Positions 42,286 through 51,859 of a stretch of DNA of 64,000 nt are shown one piece after another. The stretch comes from Arenicellales bacterium (GTDB taxonomy: Bacteria; Pseudomonadota; Gammaproteobacteria; Arenicellales; JAJDZL01): assembly GCA_963663095.2 (NCBI GenBank), contig CAXXJB010000001.1:1596417-1660416 (forward strand), given 5' to 3'. Position numbers and translations under genes: made by a program. Positions within the stretch are counted from its first letter, which is position 1, and the number at the start of each line of letters is the position of its first letter. A model generated the notes under the pieces. It did no database searches, was not told the DNA's origin, and saw only the letters and a list, made by a program, of their open reading frames with translations.

Positions 42286-44073
42286 TTATTTCAATGCGGT
42301 TGACCCCATGCCATTGTCAAAAATGGTGTAAAGCCGGTGATAGTGTCCCCGACGATCCATCAGTTCCTGATGTGTCCCGGTCTCGACGATGCGACCCTCG
42401 TTGAGTACGATGATACGATCAACATTCTCAATCGACGAGAGACGATGGGCAATGATGATCACAGTACGACCTGCACCCAGTGCGTCCAGTGCCTGACGCA
42501 CCTCAAATTCTGATTTTGTATCGAGCGATGAGGTTGCCTCGTCAAATATCAGAATTCGCGCATTTTTGATAAATGCTCTTGCGATGGCGATGCGTTGCTT
42601 TTGCCCCCCTGAGAGCCGAACACCTCTTTCACCCACCAAAGTGTCGAACCCTTGCGGTAGTTTTTCGATGAACTCCAGCGCGTAAGCGGAACGGGCAGCC
42701 TCTCGAATATTTTCCTCTGTAGCATTGGAGATGTCACCGTATGCGATATTCGCCGCGATTGTGTCATCAAACAAATATATGTCCTGACTGACGAAGGCAA
42801 TGATTTTTCGAATTTCGGAAAGCCTGTATTCTCTGATATCGACACCATCGATCAGAACCTGTCCACTCTGTATTTCATACATGCGGGGAATTAGTGAAGT
42901 CAAGGTGCTTTTCCCGGCACCCGAAGCGCCGACCAACGCGATCGTCTCGTGAGGTTTGATTTCCAGTGTCACGTCATCAAGTGATCTGGTTTCGGTACCT
43001 GGATAGTGAAATGTGATATTTCTGAATTCCGTTCGCCCCTCTACGTCTTCCTCATGGAGGTCACTAAAGCCAACCTCGACTTCCGGGTCCTGATCAAGAA
43101 GATAGAAAACACGTTCGGCTGCTGCTAGACCACGCTGCAGCATGTCATTGACATTCAAAAGCCGCTTGAGTGCGGTCGAGATCAGCGCAAGAGCGGCCAT
43201 GAAGGAAACGAATCCACCCACTGTGAGAGGGTCCTGTAAATCCCGCGTCAGGCTGAAGTAAACAGTACCCGCAATCACCATTGCTGTAATGAATTCAGCC
43301 ATGGGAACGGTGAGTTCGTTGGCGATCGCCTGTTTGAACTTGAGTCTCCGCACTTGATTGGCAACACCGCGCAACCGATCATGTTCATGTTTTTCCATCT
43401 GGTTGAGTTTGACCAGACGATGATTTGCGGTGACTTCCTGCAGACGTTGCAGGAAGTTTGCGTTCATCTGCATACTTCTGCGATGGAGATAGCGCAGCCT
43501 CGAAGCGATAAACCTTACCAGCAGGGATATCAACGGCGCTGCGATCAGAATAATCAGACTCAACACCCAATCGAGAATGAAGATCCAGATCAAAAGACCG
43601 ATGATGGTGAGCGATTCCCGCACCACGGTGACGAGTACATTCGACGCCGTCTGCGTCAGTTCGTTCACATCCGAAGATACTCGGGAGATAACCTGCGCTG
43701 CAGGGTTGTTGTCGTAGAATGTCGTTGGAAGTGTCACCAGCCTTCCGACCAATTCAGACTGGATGTCGTACACAACTCTTCCCATCACCCAGTTGGTGCA
43801 CACACCGTTCATGTAGCCTGCTATGCCGCGAACGGTAAATAACAGGATCAGAATGATAGGTGTCCAAAATATGTACTTGGGATTCCGGTCAACAAAACTT
43901 CCGTCCAACAACGGCTTCATGAACATGGCGACTCCCGGTGTGGTTGCCGCAAACAGCGCCACGAATGCGAACCCCATGAAGAAGTAAAGCTTGTAGACCA
44001 TCACATACTTCAGAAGGCGACGATACAGTCGCAGGTCCTGCAGGATGGAAAATTTGGCAAACTTGCTGGCCAC
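42286..44073 (-). CDS. msbA: lipid A/lipid export ABC transporter permease-ATPase
   Basis: 595 aa. Six-helix TMD followed by an NBD with GASGAGKST, LSGGQKQRIAIARA and ILIFDEATSSLD. Confidence 0.85.
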   Translation of the reverse strand: MASKFAKFSILQDLRLYRRLLKYVMVYKLYFFMGFAFVALFAATTPGVAMFMKPLLDGSFVDRNPKYIFWTPIILILLFTVRGIAGYMNGVCTNWVMGRVVYDIQSELVGRLVTLPTTFYDNNPAAQVISRVSSDVNELTQTASNVLVTVVRESLTIIGLLIWIFILDWVLSLIILIAAPLISLLVRFIASRLRYLHRRSMQMNANFLQRLQEVTANHRLVKLNQMEKHEHDRLRGVANQVRRLKFKQAIANELTVPMAEFITAMVIAGTVYFSLTRDLQDPLTVGGFVSFMAALALISTALKRLLNVNDMLQRGLAAAERVFYLLDQDPEVEVGFSDLHEEDVEGRTEFRNITFHYPGTETRSLDDVTLEIKPHETIALVGASGAGKSTLTSLIPRMYEIQSGQVLIDGVDIREYRLSEIRKIIAFVSQDIYLFDDTIAANIAYGDISNATEENIREAARSAYALEFIEKLPQGFDTLVGERGVRLSGGQKQRIAIARAFIKNARILIFDEATSSLDTKSEFEVRQALDALGAGRTVIIIAHRLSSIENVDRIIVLNEGRIVETGTHQELMDRRGHYHRLYTIFDNGMGSTALK

Positions 44074-44449
44074 GCTTCGTCTTTACCTATTTGGTTCCGT
44101 GTAGGAAAACATGTAGCCGGTAGTGCGCCTTAATGCGTTGAAAAATTTGTCGGGTCTGGACCTAAATGCGGTAATCAAGGCAAATTCGGCTGTCTGACCG
44201 GACCAGTTTCGATAGAATTTCGAATTTGTCGGGGAATTTGTACGGTACGACAGCGAAACGTCAAGGCGGTTGATTATGTTCACGTAAGATCTCGCGGTGT
44301 GTTTCCCGTATTTTGGTCAAGCTGAATTTTGCACGAAATTCGTCGTTGCTACAGTTGTAGAAATTTATTATATAATCTGCGCTTTCTCAGGATACTTACG
44401 CACGCAGCCGCTTGCTGCACGATCAATTTTCAGTTCATTTGGATTCATT

Positions 44450-44878
44450 ATGAAAACTATTTCTGCAAAAGCCAGTACTATCGAGCGTGAATGGTTTCTG
44501 GTCGATGCCTCCGACAAGGTTTTGGGTCGTCTGGCTTCAGAAATTGCCAAACGCCTGCGCGGCAAACACAAACCGATTTATACACCACATGTCGACACTG
44601 GCGACTATGTGGTTGTGATCAACGCTGAAAAAGTTGTTCTGACAGGCAACAAGGAAAACGCGAAAGTCTATCATCGTCACTCGGGGCGTCCCGGTGGGTT
44701 GAAAACTGTTCCGGTCAGTACCATGCGTGAACAACACCCGACCCGAATCATTGAAGCCGCAGTTCGCGGCATGATGCCGAAAGGACCACTCGGCAGGGCA
44801 ATGATGTCGAAACTGAAAGTCTATGCAGGATCAGATCAACCGCATGAAGCACAATCACCGAAACCCCTCAATATATAG
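44450..44878 (+). CDS. rplM: 50S ribosomal protein L13
   Basis: [61 protein letters not shown]. The track ORF from 44297 is an upstream over-extension. Confidence 0.97.
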   Translation: MKTISAKASTIEREWFLVDASDKVLGRLASEIAKRLRGKHKPIYTPHVDTGDYVVVINAEKVVLTGNKENAKVYHRHSGRPGGLKTVPVSTMREQHPTRIIEAAVRGMMPKGPLGRAMMSKLKVYAGSDQPHEAQSPKPLNI

Positions 44879-44889
44879 GGAAACATTGA

Positions 44890-45294
44890 ATGGCTAATAC
44901 ACAGGCATCTGAAGTTTATTATGGAACCGGCCGGAGGAAATCTTCCACCGCCCGGGTTTATCTGACAAAAGGCAGCGGAAACATCGTTGCGAACCAAAAA
45001 CCGATTGAGCGATATTTTGGTCGCGAGACAGCCCGCATGGTTATCCGACAGCCACTGGTTCATTTGGATATGCTGAATACTGTAGATGTCACAGTCAATG
45101 TACGCGGCGGCGGTCCAAGCGGTCAAGCCGGTGCAATTCAACTGGGAATTGCGCGTGCCTTGGTGGATTACAACGAATCAAATCGGGCGGCACTTCGAAA
45201 AGGGGGCTTCCTCACCCGCGACGCCCGTGAAGTTGAAAGAAAGAAAGTCGGTTTGCACAAGGCAAGAAAACGGCCGCAATACTCGAAACGGTAA
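44890..45294 (+). CDS. rpsI: 30S ribosomal protein S9
   Basis: ...[16 protein letters not shown]...[19 protein letters not shown]...[27 protein letters not shown]. Confidence 0.97.
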   Translation: MANTQASEVYYGTGRRKSSTARVYLTKGSGNIVANQKPIERYFGRETARMVIRQPLVHLDMLNTVDVTVNVRGGGPSGQAGAIQLGIARALVDYNESNRAALRKGGFLTRDAREVERKKVGLHKARKRPQYSKR

Positions 45295-45334
45295 GTAGCT
45301 TCTTTCACCCGGTAGCCAGTTTGGATTCTGATAC

Positions 45335-45408
45335 TGGGGAATCGTCTAACGGCAGGACAACGGACTCTGACTCCGTCAATCCAGGTTCGAATCCTGGTTC
45401 CCCAGCCA
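45335..45408 (+). tRNA. tRNA-Gln (anticodon CUG)
   Basis: Hand-folded cloverleaf: acceptor TGGGGAA/TTCCCCA (U1-A72), D stem GTCT/GGAC, anticodon stem ACGGA/TCCGT with loop CTCTGAC, T arm CCAGG-TTCGAAT-CCTGG, discriminator G, encoded CCA. Confidence 0.9.
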
Positions 45409-45427
45409 GAATTTCGACCCGCGCATT

Positions 45428-46216
45428 TCACTCACGTATGCCATATCCGCGCCTGAGCAGAATCATGCACAGCGTGAAAAGGATTGCGATGCAAGTGCCG
45501 ATTACTGTGAACGAAGCCAGCATTCCAACATCACTTGAGCCCAGGAAAGCAAAGCGGGCGACGTTGATGACATATAGGATTGGATTTGCCAACGAGACAA
45601 GTTGCCAGAATTCGGGCAGCATCTGAACTGAATAGAACACGCCCCCGAGATAGATCAGTGGGGTGAGCACGAAATTCGGAATGATGGAGATGTCGTCAAA
45701 CTTACGGGCGAACATTCCATTGATCATACCTCCCAGAGAGAATACCAGCGCAGTCAGTATGAAAATGGTTATGGCAATGATTGGCGAGACGATGTCGACG
45801 GTAGCGAAGAGCGAGGATACAACCAATACGATCGTACCAACCAGTATACCCCTGACCATGCCACCGACCAGATACCCGATGAGAATCACGTAATTCGGTA
45901 CAGGAGACACCATTATCTCCTCGATGTACCGTTGAAACTTCGCTGAAAAGAAAGACGACGCGACATTGGTGTAGGCGCCGGTGATCACTGACATCAGAAC
46001 CAGGCCCGGTACAATGAAATCAATGTAACTATGTCCTTGCATCGGACCGATCCTGGGGCCGATCAGGTTGCCGAAAATAAGAAAGTAGAGACAAGTCGTT
46101 ATGACTGGCGGGATAAGCGTCTGTGTCCAGATTCTCATAAATCGGGCGACCTCTTTACGGGTCAGCGTATAGAGTGCGATTCCGGTATATTCGAAAAGCC
46201 TATTCACGTGATTCAT
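45428..46216 (-). CDS. ABC-2 type transporter permease (YadH-like)
   Basis: 262 aa and six hydrophobic helices. It overlaps the upstream ATPase gene by 17 nt. Confidence 0.85.
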   Translation of the reverse strand: MNHVNRLFEYTGIALYTLTRKEVARFMRIWTQTLIPPVITTCLYFLIFGNLIGPRIGPMQGHSYIDFIVPGLVLMSVITGAYTNVASSFFSAKFQRYIEEIMVSPVPNYVILIGYLVGGMVRGILVGTIVLVVSSLFATVDIVSPIIAITIFILTALVFSLGGMINGMFARKFDDISIIPNFVLTPLIYLGGVFYSVQMLPEFWQLVSLANPILYVINVARFAFLGSSDVGMLASFTVIGTCIAILFTLCMILLRRGYGIRE

Positions 46217-47165
46217 CCGATTGCAGCGTGGTGGCTTCTGTCTTGAGCAGTTCCATGAACAGTGTTTCCAGACGATTAGACTTGTTCTGTATGCTGACTA
46301 CAGAAATTCCAGTCTGTGCCAGCTCTTCGAAAAGTGGATTGATTTGACTTCCTTTGGGGATGTCCACTTCGATGGTTCGTTCATCTCTCAGTCGCATTGA
46401 TTCAGTAATTGCGTCCGGCAATGCATTGATCGGTTGCTGAGTATGGAGTACATACGTTTCCTGCTGCAGGTGCTTGAAGAGGGACTTCATATCGATATCA
46501 AGGATGATTTCGCCCAGTTCTATGACACCGACGTGCCTGCACAACCTTTCCGCTTCCTCCAGGTAATGTGTTGTCAGGATTATGGTAATGCCTTCCCGGT
46601 TGATTTTCTCCATATAGTCCCACATGAGCAGTCTTGCTTCGAAATCGATTCCGGCGGTGGGTTCATCGAGAATCAGTAATCGCGGCTCGTGCATCAATGC
46701 CCGGGCAATCATCAGTCTGCGTTTCATGCCACCTGACAGCTTGCGGGACATGGTATGGCGATAGCTCCACAATCCCAGAACGGAGAGATATTTCTCAGCC
46801 TGTTTTTCCGCGAGTGACCGTCTCACACCGTAGTATCCTGCATGGTTGATCACGATGTTCCACGGTGTTTCGAATTGACTGAAATTGATCTCCTGCGGCA
46901 CCAAGCCGATGTTCGACTTGGCACTTTGAAAGTCCTTGTCGATGTCTGTTCCGAAAACGTATACCTTGCCCGAAGACTTGTTGACAAGGGAGCAGGTAAT
47001 CCCGATCGTTGTCGATTTTCCAGCACCGTTGCGGCCGAGCAATGCATAGAAATCTCCTTCCTTTACGCTGAAGGAGACATTCTTCAATGCTTCCCTACCG
47101 TTATTGTAAGTTTTGCAAAGATTGTGTATAGACAGTGCGTTGTCTAAACCGGCTGAATGTTTCAC
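46200..47165 (-). CDS. ABC transporter ATP-binding protein (YadG-like)
   Basis: GRNGAGKST, LSGGMKRRLMIARAL, LLILDEPTAGID. Confidence 0.9.
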   Translation of the reverse strand: MKHSAGLDNALSIHNLCKTYNNGREALKNVSFSVKEGDFYALLGRNGAGKSTTIGITCSLVNKSSGKVYVFGTDIDKDFQSAKSNIGLVPQEINFSQFETPWNIVINHAGYYGVRRSLAEKQAEKYLSVLGLWSYRHTMSRKLSGGMKRRLMIARALMHEPRLLILDEPTAGIDFEARLLMWDYMEKINREGITIILTTHYLEEAERLCRHVGVIELGEIILDIDMKSLFKHLQQETYVLHTQQPINALPDAITESMRLRDERTIEVDIPKGSQINPLFEELAQTGISVVSIQNKSNRLETLFMELLKTEATTLQSDESRE

Positions 47166-47519
47166 GAGAGGGTGACGAATTCGATGGAATCAGGTTGAAC
47201 GGAAATCAGACCAATATTTCTTGGATGGACAAGTCGAACCGAGACATCGCGAGAACGGTTTTGCCAAAGGTGTGGATTTGATATGCAAACAAAATATGAT
47301 ATTTTCATAAGTCATTGATATTATTATACTTGATAACCCTTGATGATTGTATGGATTGTATGTTTACCCCACTCTAAATTTCTCTGACTTTGGATTGTAG
47401 CATTTCAAATACAGCTGAATTTCGACCTATAAAATATCGAAACATAGTGTACATGGTTTGAATCAAGACAAAAATTTTATCGCTGAGCTGATAATTTTAC
47501 CTGTCAACCGATCAATTGA

Positions 47520-47666
47520 CGCAGAAATGGGATTGTCCCGTTTGGAATTGAAACTCCGAACCGCATTGAATTGAGTGCTTACGACCCTGAGTTTGCAGCG
47601 CAGATGGATGCAGCGGAAACCATTATGCGGGAGGACCGTGATGTGCTCAAGAAATTGCCTGAGTAG
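47520..47666 (+). pseudogene. probable Doc-associated antitoxin remnant without a canonical start
   Basis: This frame ends in TAG (47664-47666), overlapping the doc GTG by 1 nt. It reads ...IELSAYDPEFAAQMDAAETIMREDRDVLKKLPE*, whose C-terminus resembles the intact antitoxin at 48143 (..IIEEFMVERRNVMRELANR). It is closed by two stops just upstream and has no ATG or GTG near its 5' end. The ATG at 47527 is in another frame and terminates after 15 codons. Confidence 0.3.
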
Positions 47667-48085
47667 TGAACGAGCCAAAATCGATTTCAGATGCGATCGC
47701 GCATGCGATTCACCGCAGGCAAATTGCCGAACATGGCGGTATGGACGGTGTACGTGATGCAAGTTTGCTCGATTCCGCCTTGTCGAAACCCAAGAACTTG
47801 TTCCATTACGCCGACCCCAAGCCTTCCATATCTGAAATTGCTGCCACCTATGCTTATGGAATCGCTCGTAATCATGCGTTCATCGATGGCAATAAACGCG
47901 CCGCTTTGGTGGTCTGCCGTCTCTTTATCGCACTGAATGGCGTGGAGTTTAAGGCAACCGCTGCAGACAAGTACCAAATTTTCATGAAATTGGCTGCTGG
48001 CGAGGTTACAGAGGAGGAATTGGCAGACTGGCTTTCTTCTCACTCCAGAAAATATGTACCGTCAATTTCGATTTTCAGTCGCTAG
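47666..48085 (+). CDS. doc: Doc (death-on-curing) Fic-fold toxin
   Basis: Motif NHAFIDGNKRAAL (HxFxDGNKR), plus ...IAEHGGMDGVRDASLLDSALSKP.... Confidence 0.85.
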   Translation: MNEPKSISDAIAHAIHRRQIAEHGGMDGVRDASLLDSALSKPKNLFHYADPKPSISEIAATYAYGIARNHAFIDGNKRAALVVCRLFIALNGVEFKATAADKYQIFMKLAAGEVTEEELADWLSSHSRKYVPSISIFSR

Positions 48086-48142
48086 TTTATCTATAATGAT
48101 GACAGACCTTGAATTCTCACCGATATCGGAAGGAATAGCATC

Positions 48143-48319
48143 ATGGCGAAAAACAGTAACAAGCAAAGAATTAATAGTACGCATTCGACGACCACTATTC
48201 ATACAAGAGATGGTCATGAGAGTCGAAAAGATATCCGTGTCTCGCCGACTTCCAAACGCATCATTGAGGAATTCATGGTAGAGCGTCGGAATGTCATGAG
48301 AGAACTGGCAAATCGCTAA
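48143..48319 (+). CDS. small antitoxin-like protein (58 aa) preceding the second Doc paralogue
   Basis: Not in the ORF track because it is under 60 aa. The ATG is preceded by GGAAGGA. Translation: MAKNSNKQRINSTHSTTTIHTRDGHESRKDIRVSPTSKRIIEEFMVERRNVMRELANR*. The stop lies inside the 5' end of the Doc-like frame. Confidence 0.5.
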   Translation: MAKNSNKQRINSTHSTTTIHTRDGHESRKDIRVSPTSKRIIEEFMVERRNVMRELANR

Positions 48320-48698
48320 TCGGCACTATCGCGTTTCCTGGGATGATGCCATTCATGGACACGAACAGGCGCTTCAGTTTGGCGGTGCCCCAGGAATCAT
48401 CAACGAGGACTCAATCAAATCAGCTATTGGCCGGCCTTACACCGGATACCACCGGTTTATCCACCAGAAAGCTGCAGCTTTACTTCATGGGATTACTTTA
48501 AATCATGGATTTGTTGATGGGAATAAGAGAACTGCACTGAATCTAGCGGCATTGTTGATCCGACGGAGTGGGTATCAGTTCGTTGATACCAGTGATGCGG
48601 AGTTAATTGACATTGTTACGAGCGTCGCACGGGGAGATATGCATTATGACGATCTCTCAGAGTGGTTCCGCACTCATGTGGGTCGTCTTAACGATTGA
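48300..48698 (+). pseudogene. second Doc/Fic-family toxin paralogue: intact frame and motif, but no canonical start codon
   Basis: Open frame of 132 codons: ...ANRHYRVSWDDAIHGHEQALQFGGAPGIINEDSIKSAIGRPYTGY...NHGFVDGNKRTAL...RTHVGRLND*. There is no ATG, GTG or TTG upstream of the catalytic motif, which is why it is missing from the track. ATC at 48312 sits where a start would be expected. Confidence 0.6.
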
Positions 48699-49082
48699 AA
48701 ATTTGAAGAGCGCGGAATCAATCAGGTGCTGGACAATACAAGAATTTGAATTCAAACTGGCACCTCACCAATTATTGCGGTCTAAATCTCTCCGGACTCG
48801 ATTCCGCTGTATCTGACAAACGGCGCACGCCCCTTCCAAGTTACCAACGCGCGTGAAATTCAAACAATCAGACCTATCCGTATCCAGTCCCGTAGAACTC
48901 CAGCATCGCACACAGAATCATACAGCACGGCAGCGAAATATCGCTGTTTTTCGACATAGCGTAATTCCGCTTTGAGTTTAGGGCGTCATGATTTCGGTGA
49001 AAAATTTAACGCCCGTCCTATAATATTCAGTACACAGTCACAAAAATTCTATATTTGAATTTTCATCAGATTCTGAGTGAAT

Positions 49083-49412
49083 ATGGATACCACCTCGACC
49101 CTTGCCATTTCCGATAGCGCCGCCCGACGTGTCGGCAACTTGATGTCGGAATCCGACATCGGGCTGCGAGTCTATGTCGAAGGTGGTGGATGCTCCGGGT
49201 TTCAGTATGGGTTTCAACTCGAGACCGAGCAGCAGGACGATGACTTCGTCATCGAACAGAAGGGTATAACCATGCTGATCGACTCCCTCAGCATTCAATA
49301 TCTGATGGGTGCCGAAGTCGATTATCTGGATGACTTGATGGGTGCCAGGTTTTTGATCAACAATCCCAATGCGACCACCACTTGTGGGTGCGGTTCGTCT
49401 TTCTCGATATAA
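49083..49412 (+). CDS. erpA: iron-sulfur cluster insertion protein (HesB/IscA family)
   Basis: ...[17 protein letters not shown]... and the C-terminal CGCGSSFSI. Confidence 0.9.
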   Translation: MDTTSTLAISDSAARRVGNLMSESDIGLRVYVEGGGCSGFQYGFQLETEQQDDDFVIEQKGITMLIDSLSIQYLMGAEVDYLDDLMGARFLINNPNATTTCGCGSSFSI

Positions 49413-49451
49413 CGGTCAGCCAGCCCGGTTACCGCTGATTCCCAATAAGTT

Positions 49452-50213
49452 ATGTTTGAATCGACTGCTCTTTTGCTGGGCAGTACCGGGGTCTTCTGTT
49501 TTTTTGTCGGCATCCTGATCGGAATTTGCGGTGTCGGTGGAATAATCATCATTCCATTTCTCGTCTATGTCGCAGGCATAGATATTCATACTGTTATTCC
49601 CGCCTGTATGGCTGGCTTTGCTTTTGCAGCAGTTTTCGCGGTTTATGCGTACGCCCGTCAGGGATCCATCCGATGGGATAAGGCGATTTACCTGATTGTA
49701 GGTGCGGCACCAGGCGCATATCTAGGATCCGTCACATTACTGGTACTTTCGTCTTTTGTCCTTGAGATTATTGTCGCCGCGCTGGTTATCTTATCGGGTA
49801 TCAGGGCCCTCAGCCGAAACGCTGCGAAATCTGTTGGGTCCGGAATCGAAAAGACTGGCGGCGGTGTACTGGTCTTGGTGGGATTTGCAGTCGGATACGG
49901 TTCCTCAATCAGCGGTACGGGTGGTCCTTTATTACTCGTTCCAACACTGCTTCTGCTCGATTTTCCAGTGTTGTCAGCCGTCGGTCTGAGTATGGCGATA
50001 CAGATTCCCATCAGCCCGTTCGCAACTTTGGGGCATATCATTCACGGTTCAGTGAATTGGCTGCTCGCAATTCCGATTGGCATCGGTGTGGCAGCCGGTA
50101 TTACCTTGGGCGCAATCATCGCTCATCGAATTACCGCCCTGTCGATGGAACGGACGGTCGCAGTGGTACTGCTGATCAGCGGTGGACTGATCGTGATCGA
50201 ACTCCTGATATAG
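49452..50213 (+). CDS. TauE/SafE-family anion (sulfite-type) exporter membrane protein
   Basis: 253 aa, ~8 helices, with internal-duplication G-rich helices typical of TauE/SafE. Confidence 0.75.
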   Translation: MFESTALLLGSTGVFCFFVGILIGICGVGGIIIIPFLVYVAGIDIHTVIPACMAGFAFAAVFAVYAYARQGSIRWDKAIYLIVGAAPGAYLGSVTLLVLSSFVLEIIVAALVILSGIRALSRNAAKSVGSGIEKTGGGVLVLVGFAVGYGSSISGTGGPLLLVPTLLLLDFPVLSAVGLSMAIQIPISPFATLGHIIHGSVNWLLAIPIGIGVAAGITLGAIIAHRITALSMERTVAVVLLISGGLIVIELLI

Positions 50214-50231
50214 ACCAGGACTCGTCGATGG

Positions 50232-51017
50232 CTACAGGACCCGAATGGATTTTCTTTCGGAAGCCGAGAGCGTCAAGGAAATATCCTGTCTGATAGTTCC
50301 CGCTTCCCAGATTCTAAGTCTGTATTCACCCGGGGCTATATCCGTCCAGCGAATGGAAGTGGGTTCGCGGACCAGTTCATAGAATGGGTTCGAAGGCACG
50401 AAGATCCATCCGTGCATGAACGGATGAAGATCACATCGTACACTCAGCATACCGGTTGCTTTGATAATCTTTCGGACGGTAATACTTTTTAACGGTGTCG
50501 CGACATTGAATACAGTATCGTTGTCATCAATGACGTGAGTGTTGTGCAATAGTTCATCTCTATTTTCGATTTCTATTGTGCTGCCTGGTGAAATGATCTG
50601 AAAAGTTGGTATAAACTGATTGTCTTCAATGATGATCTGACTGATGTCATCATTCTCGGGAACAGGTGTAAGAGGAGGGGGCCATTGTTCAAGGTAGATG
50701 ATTACAGGCGCGACTTTGACCGAGTCAAGGTGAACTTCCACCTGTGCTCGGTTTCGGTCAATTGTCAGTGTGGGGATCTCGAAGTGCGAGCGAAAGACAA
50801 GTACGGAGATCGCAAGCGTAACTACAATCACCGTGGAAATTGCGAGTTTGCGTGATCGTTGCGATCTTCCAACGGGTTGCTTCTGTCTTGCCTGGCTCAG
50901 TCTGAGTGCATGACGACGTGCCCGAGCTTGTTTGGCGCGCTGAACGATGAGACGATACAGAAGTCGCAGCATGAATCCAGTTGTTGCGAGTCGAAAATAA
51001 CGTAATGACAATTGCAA
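50232..51017 (-). CDS. membrane-anchored cupredoxin (amicyanin/plastocyanin-like type-1 copper site) protein
   Basis: A basic N-terminus and one TM (LAISTVIVVTLAISVLVF). Candidate T1-Cu ligands are ...LLHNTHV... and RCDLHPFMHG (C-x2-H-x2-M, as in amicyanin CTPHPFM). Confidence 0.65.
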   Translation of the reverse strand: MQLSLRYFRLATTGFMLRLLYRLIVQRAKQARARRHALRLSQARQKQPVGRSQRSRKLAISTVIVVTLAISVLVFRSHFEIPTLTIDRNRAQVEVHLDSVKVAPVIIYLEQWPPPLTPVPENDDISQIIIEDNQFIPTFQIISPGSTIEIENRDELLHNTHVIDDNDTVFNVATPLKSITVRKIIKATGMLSVRCDLHPFMHGWIFVPSNPFYELVREPTSIRWTDIAPGEYRLRIWEAGTIRQDISLTLSASERKSIRVL

Positions 51018-51073
51018 TCAATGGAGTATACCAATGAAGCAGTATCGGAGAACAAAAGACTTGGAGACCGGCG

Positions 51074-51859
51074 ATGAATGACTCAGGTATTCCATTCTAT
51101 CTCGCTCAGAATCAAGAGATCGAGGTATTCAGGTCTGCGTACCGAAGGCAGCTCGCTGTACTGCTCAAGGGACCGACGGGTTGCGGAAAGACTCGTTTTG
51201 TCAGACACATGGCGGCGACCCTCGGCCGACCGTTGTACACGGTTGCCTGTCACGATGAGCTTTCGGCAACCGATCTGCTCGGTCGATATCTGATCAAGAA
51301 TGACGAGACAGTCTGGCACGACGGGCCGTTGACGCTGGCGGTCCGAGAGGGCGGGATTTGTTATCTGGACGAAATCGTAGAGGCCCGCAAGGACACGACG
51401 GTGATTCTTCATCCGTTGTGCGACGACAGGCGAACGATCTATCTCGACAAGACTGCCGAAGTGATCAAGGCACCGCCGGAGTTCATGCTGGTAGTCTCAT
51501 TCAATCCCGGTTATCAGAATCTCTTCAAGAATCTCAAACAGAGCACAAGACAGCGATTTGTGTCGCTGACATTTGATTTTCCTGAAATGAAGCAGGAGGT
51601 TGAGATCGTAGTCACTGAAACCGGGGTCAGCATGGATACCGCGGAAAAACTGGTGAAACTCGGCAGGCGATTGCGAGAGGTGGAAGGCCATGATATTGAA
51701 GAGACAGCATCAACCCGTCTCCTGGTACATGCCGCGCATATGATTCAAGACGGTCTTGATCACCGGTACGCAAGCGAAGCTGCACTTGTAGACTCGCTTA
51801 CCGATGATCCTGTCATTCGAGAAGGATTGATGGAGATTGCGCATGCCTACTTCTCTTAG
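51074..51859 (+). CDS. CbbQ/NirQ/NorQ-family MoxR-type AAA+ ATPase
   Basis: LLKGPTGCGKT (Walker A), ICYLDEIVEA (Walker B), 261 aa, followed by a VWA partner. Confidence 0.85.
   Translation: MNDSGIPFYLAQNQEIEVFRSAYRRQLAVLLKGPTGCGKTRFVRHMAATLGRPLYTVACHDELSATDLLGRYLIKNDETVWHDGPLTLAVREGGICYLDEIVEARKDTTVILHPLCDDRRTIYLDKTAEVIKAPPEFMLVVSFNPGYQNLFKNLKQSTRQRFVSLTFDFPEMKQEVEIVVTETGVSMDTAEKLVKLGRRLREVEGHDIEETASTRLLVHAAHMIQDGLDHRYASEAALVDSLTDDPVIREGLMEIAHAYFS

Noticed and set aside
44297-44449. N-terminal extension of rplM in the ORF track, and a possible promoter (TATAAT at 44371-44376)
   Set aside because: L13 homology starts at the ATG at 44450. The -10-like hexamer has no convincingly spaced -35, so no promoter feature was reported.
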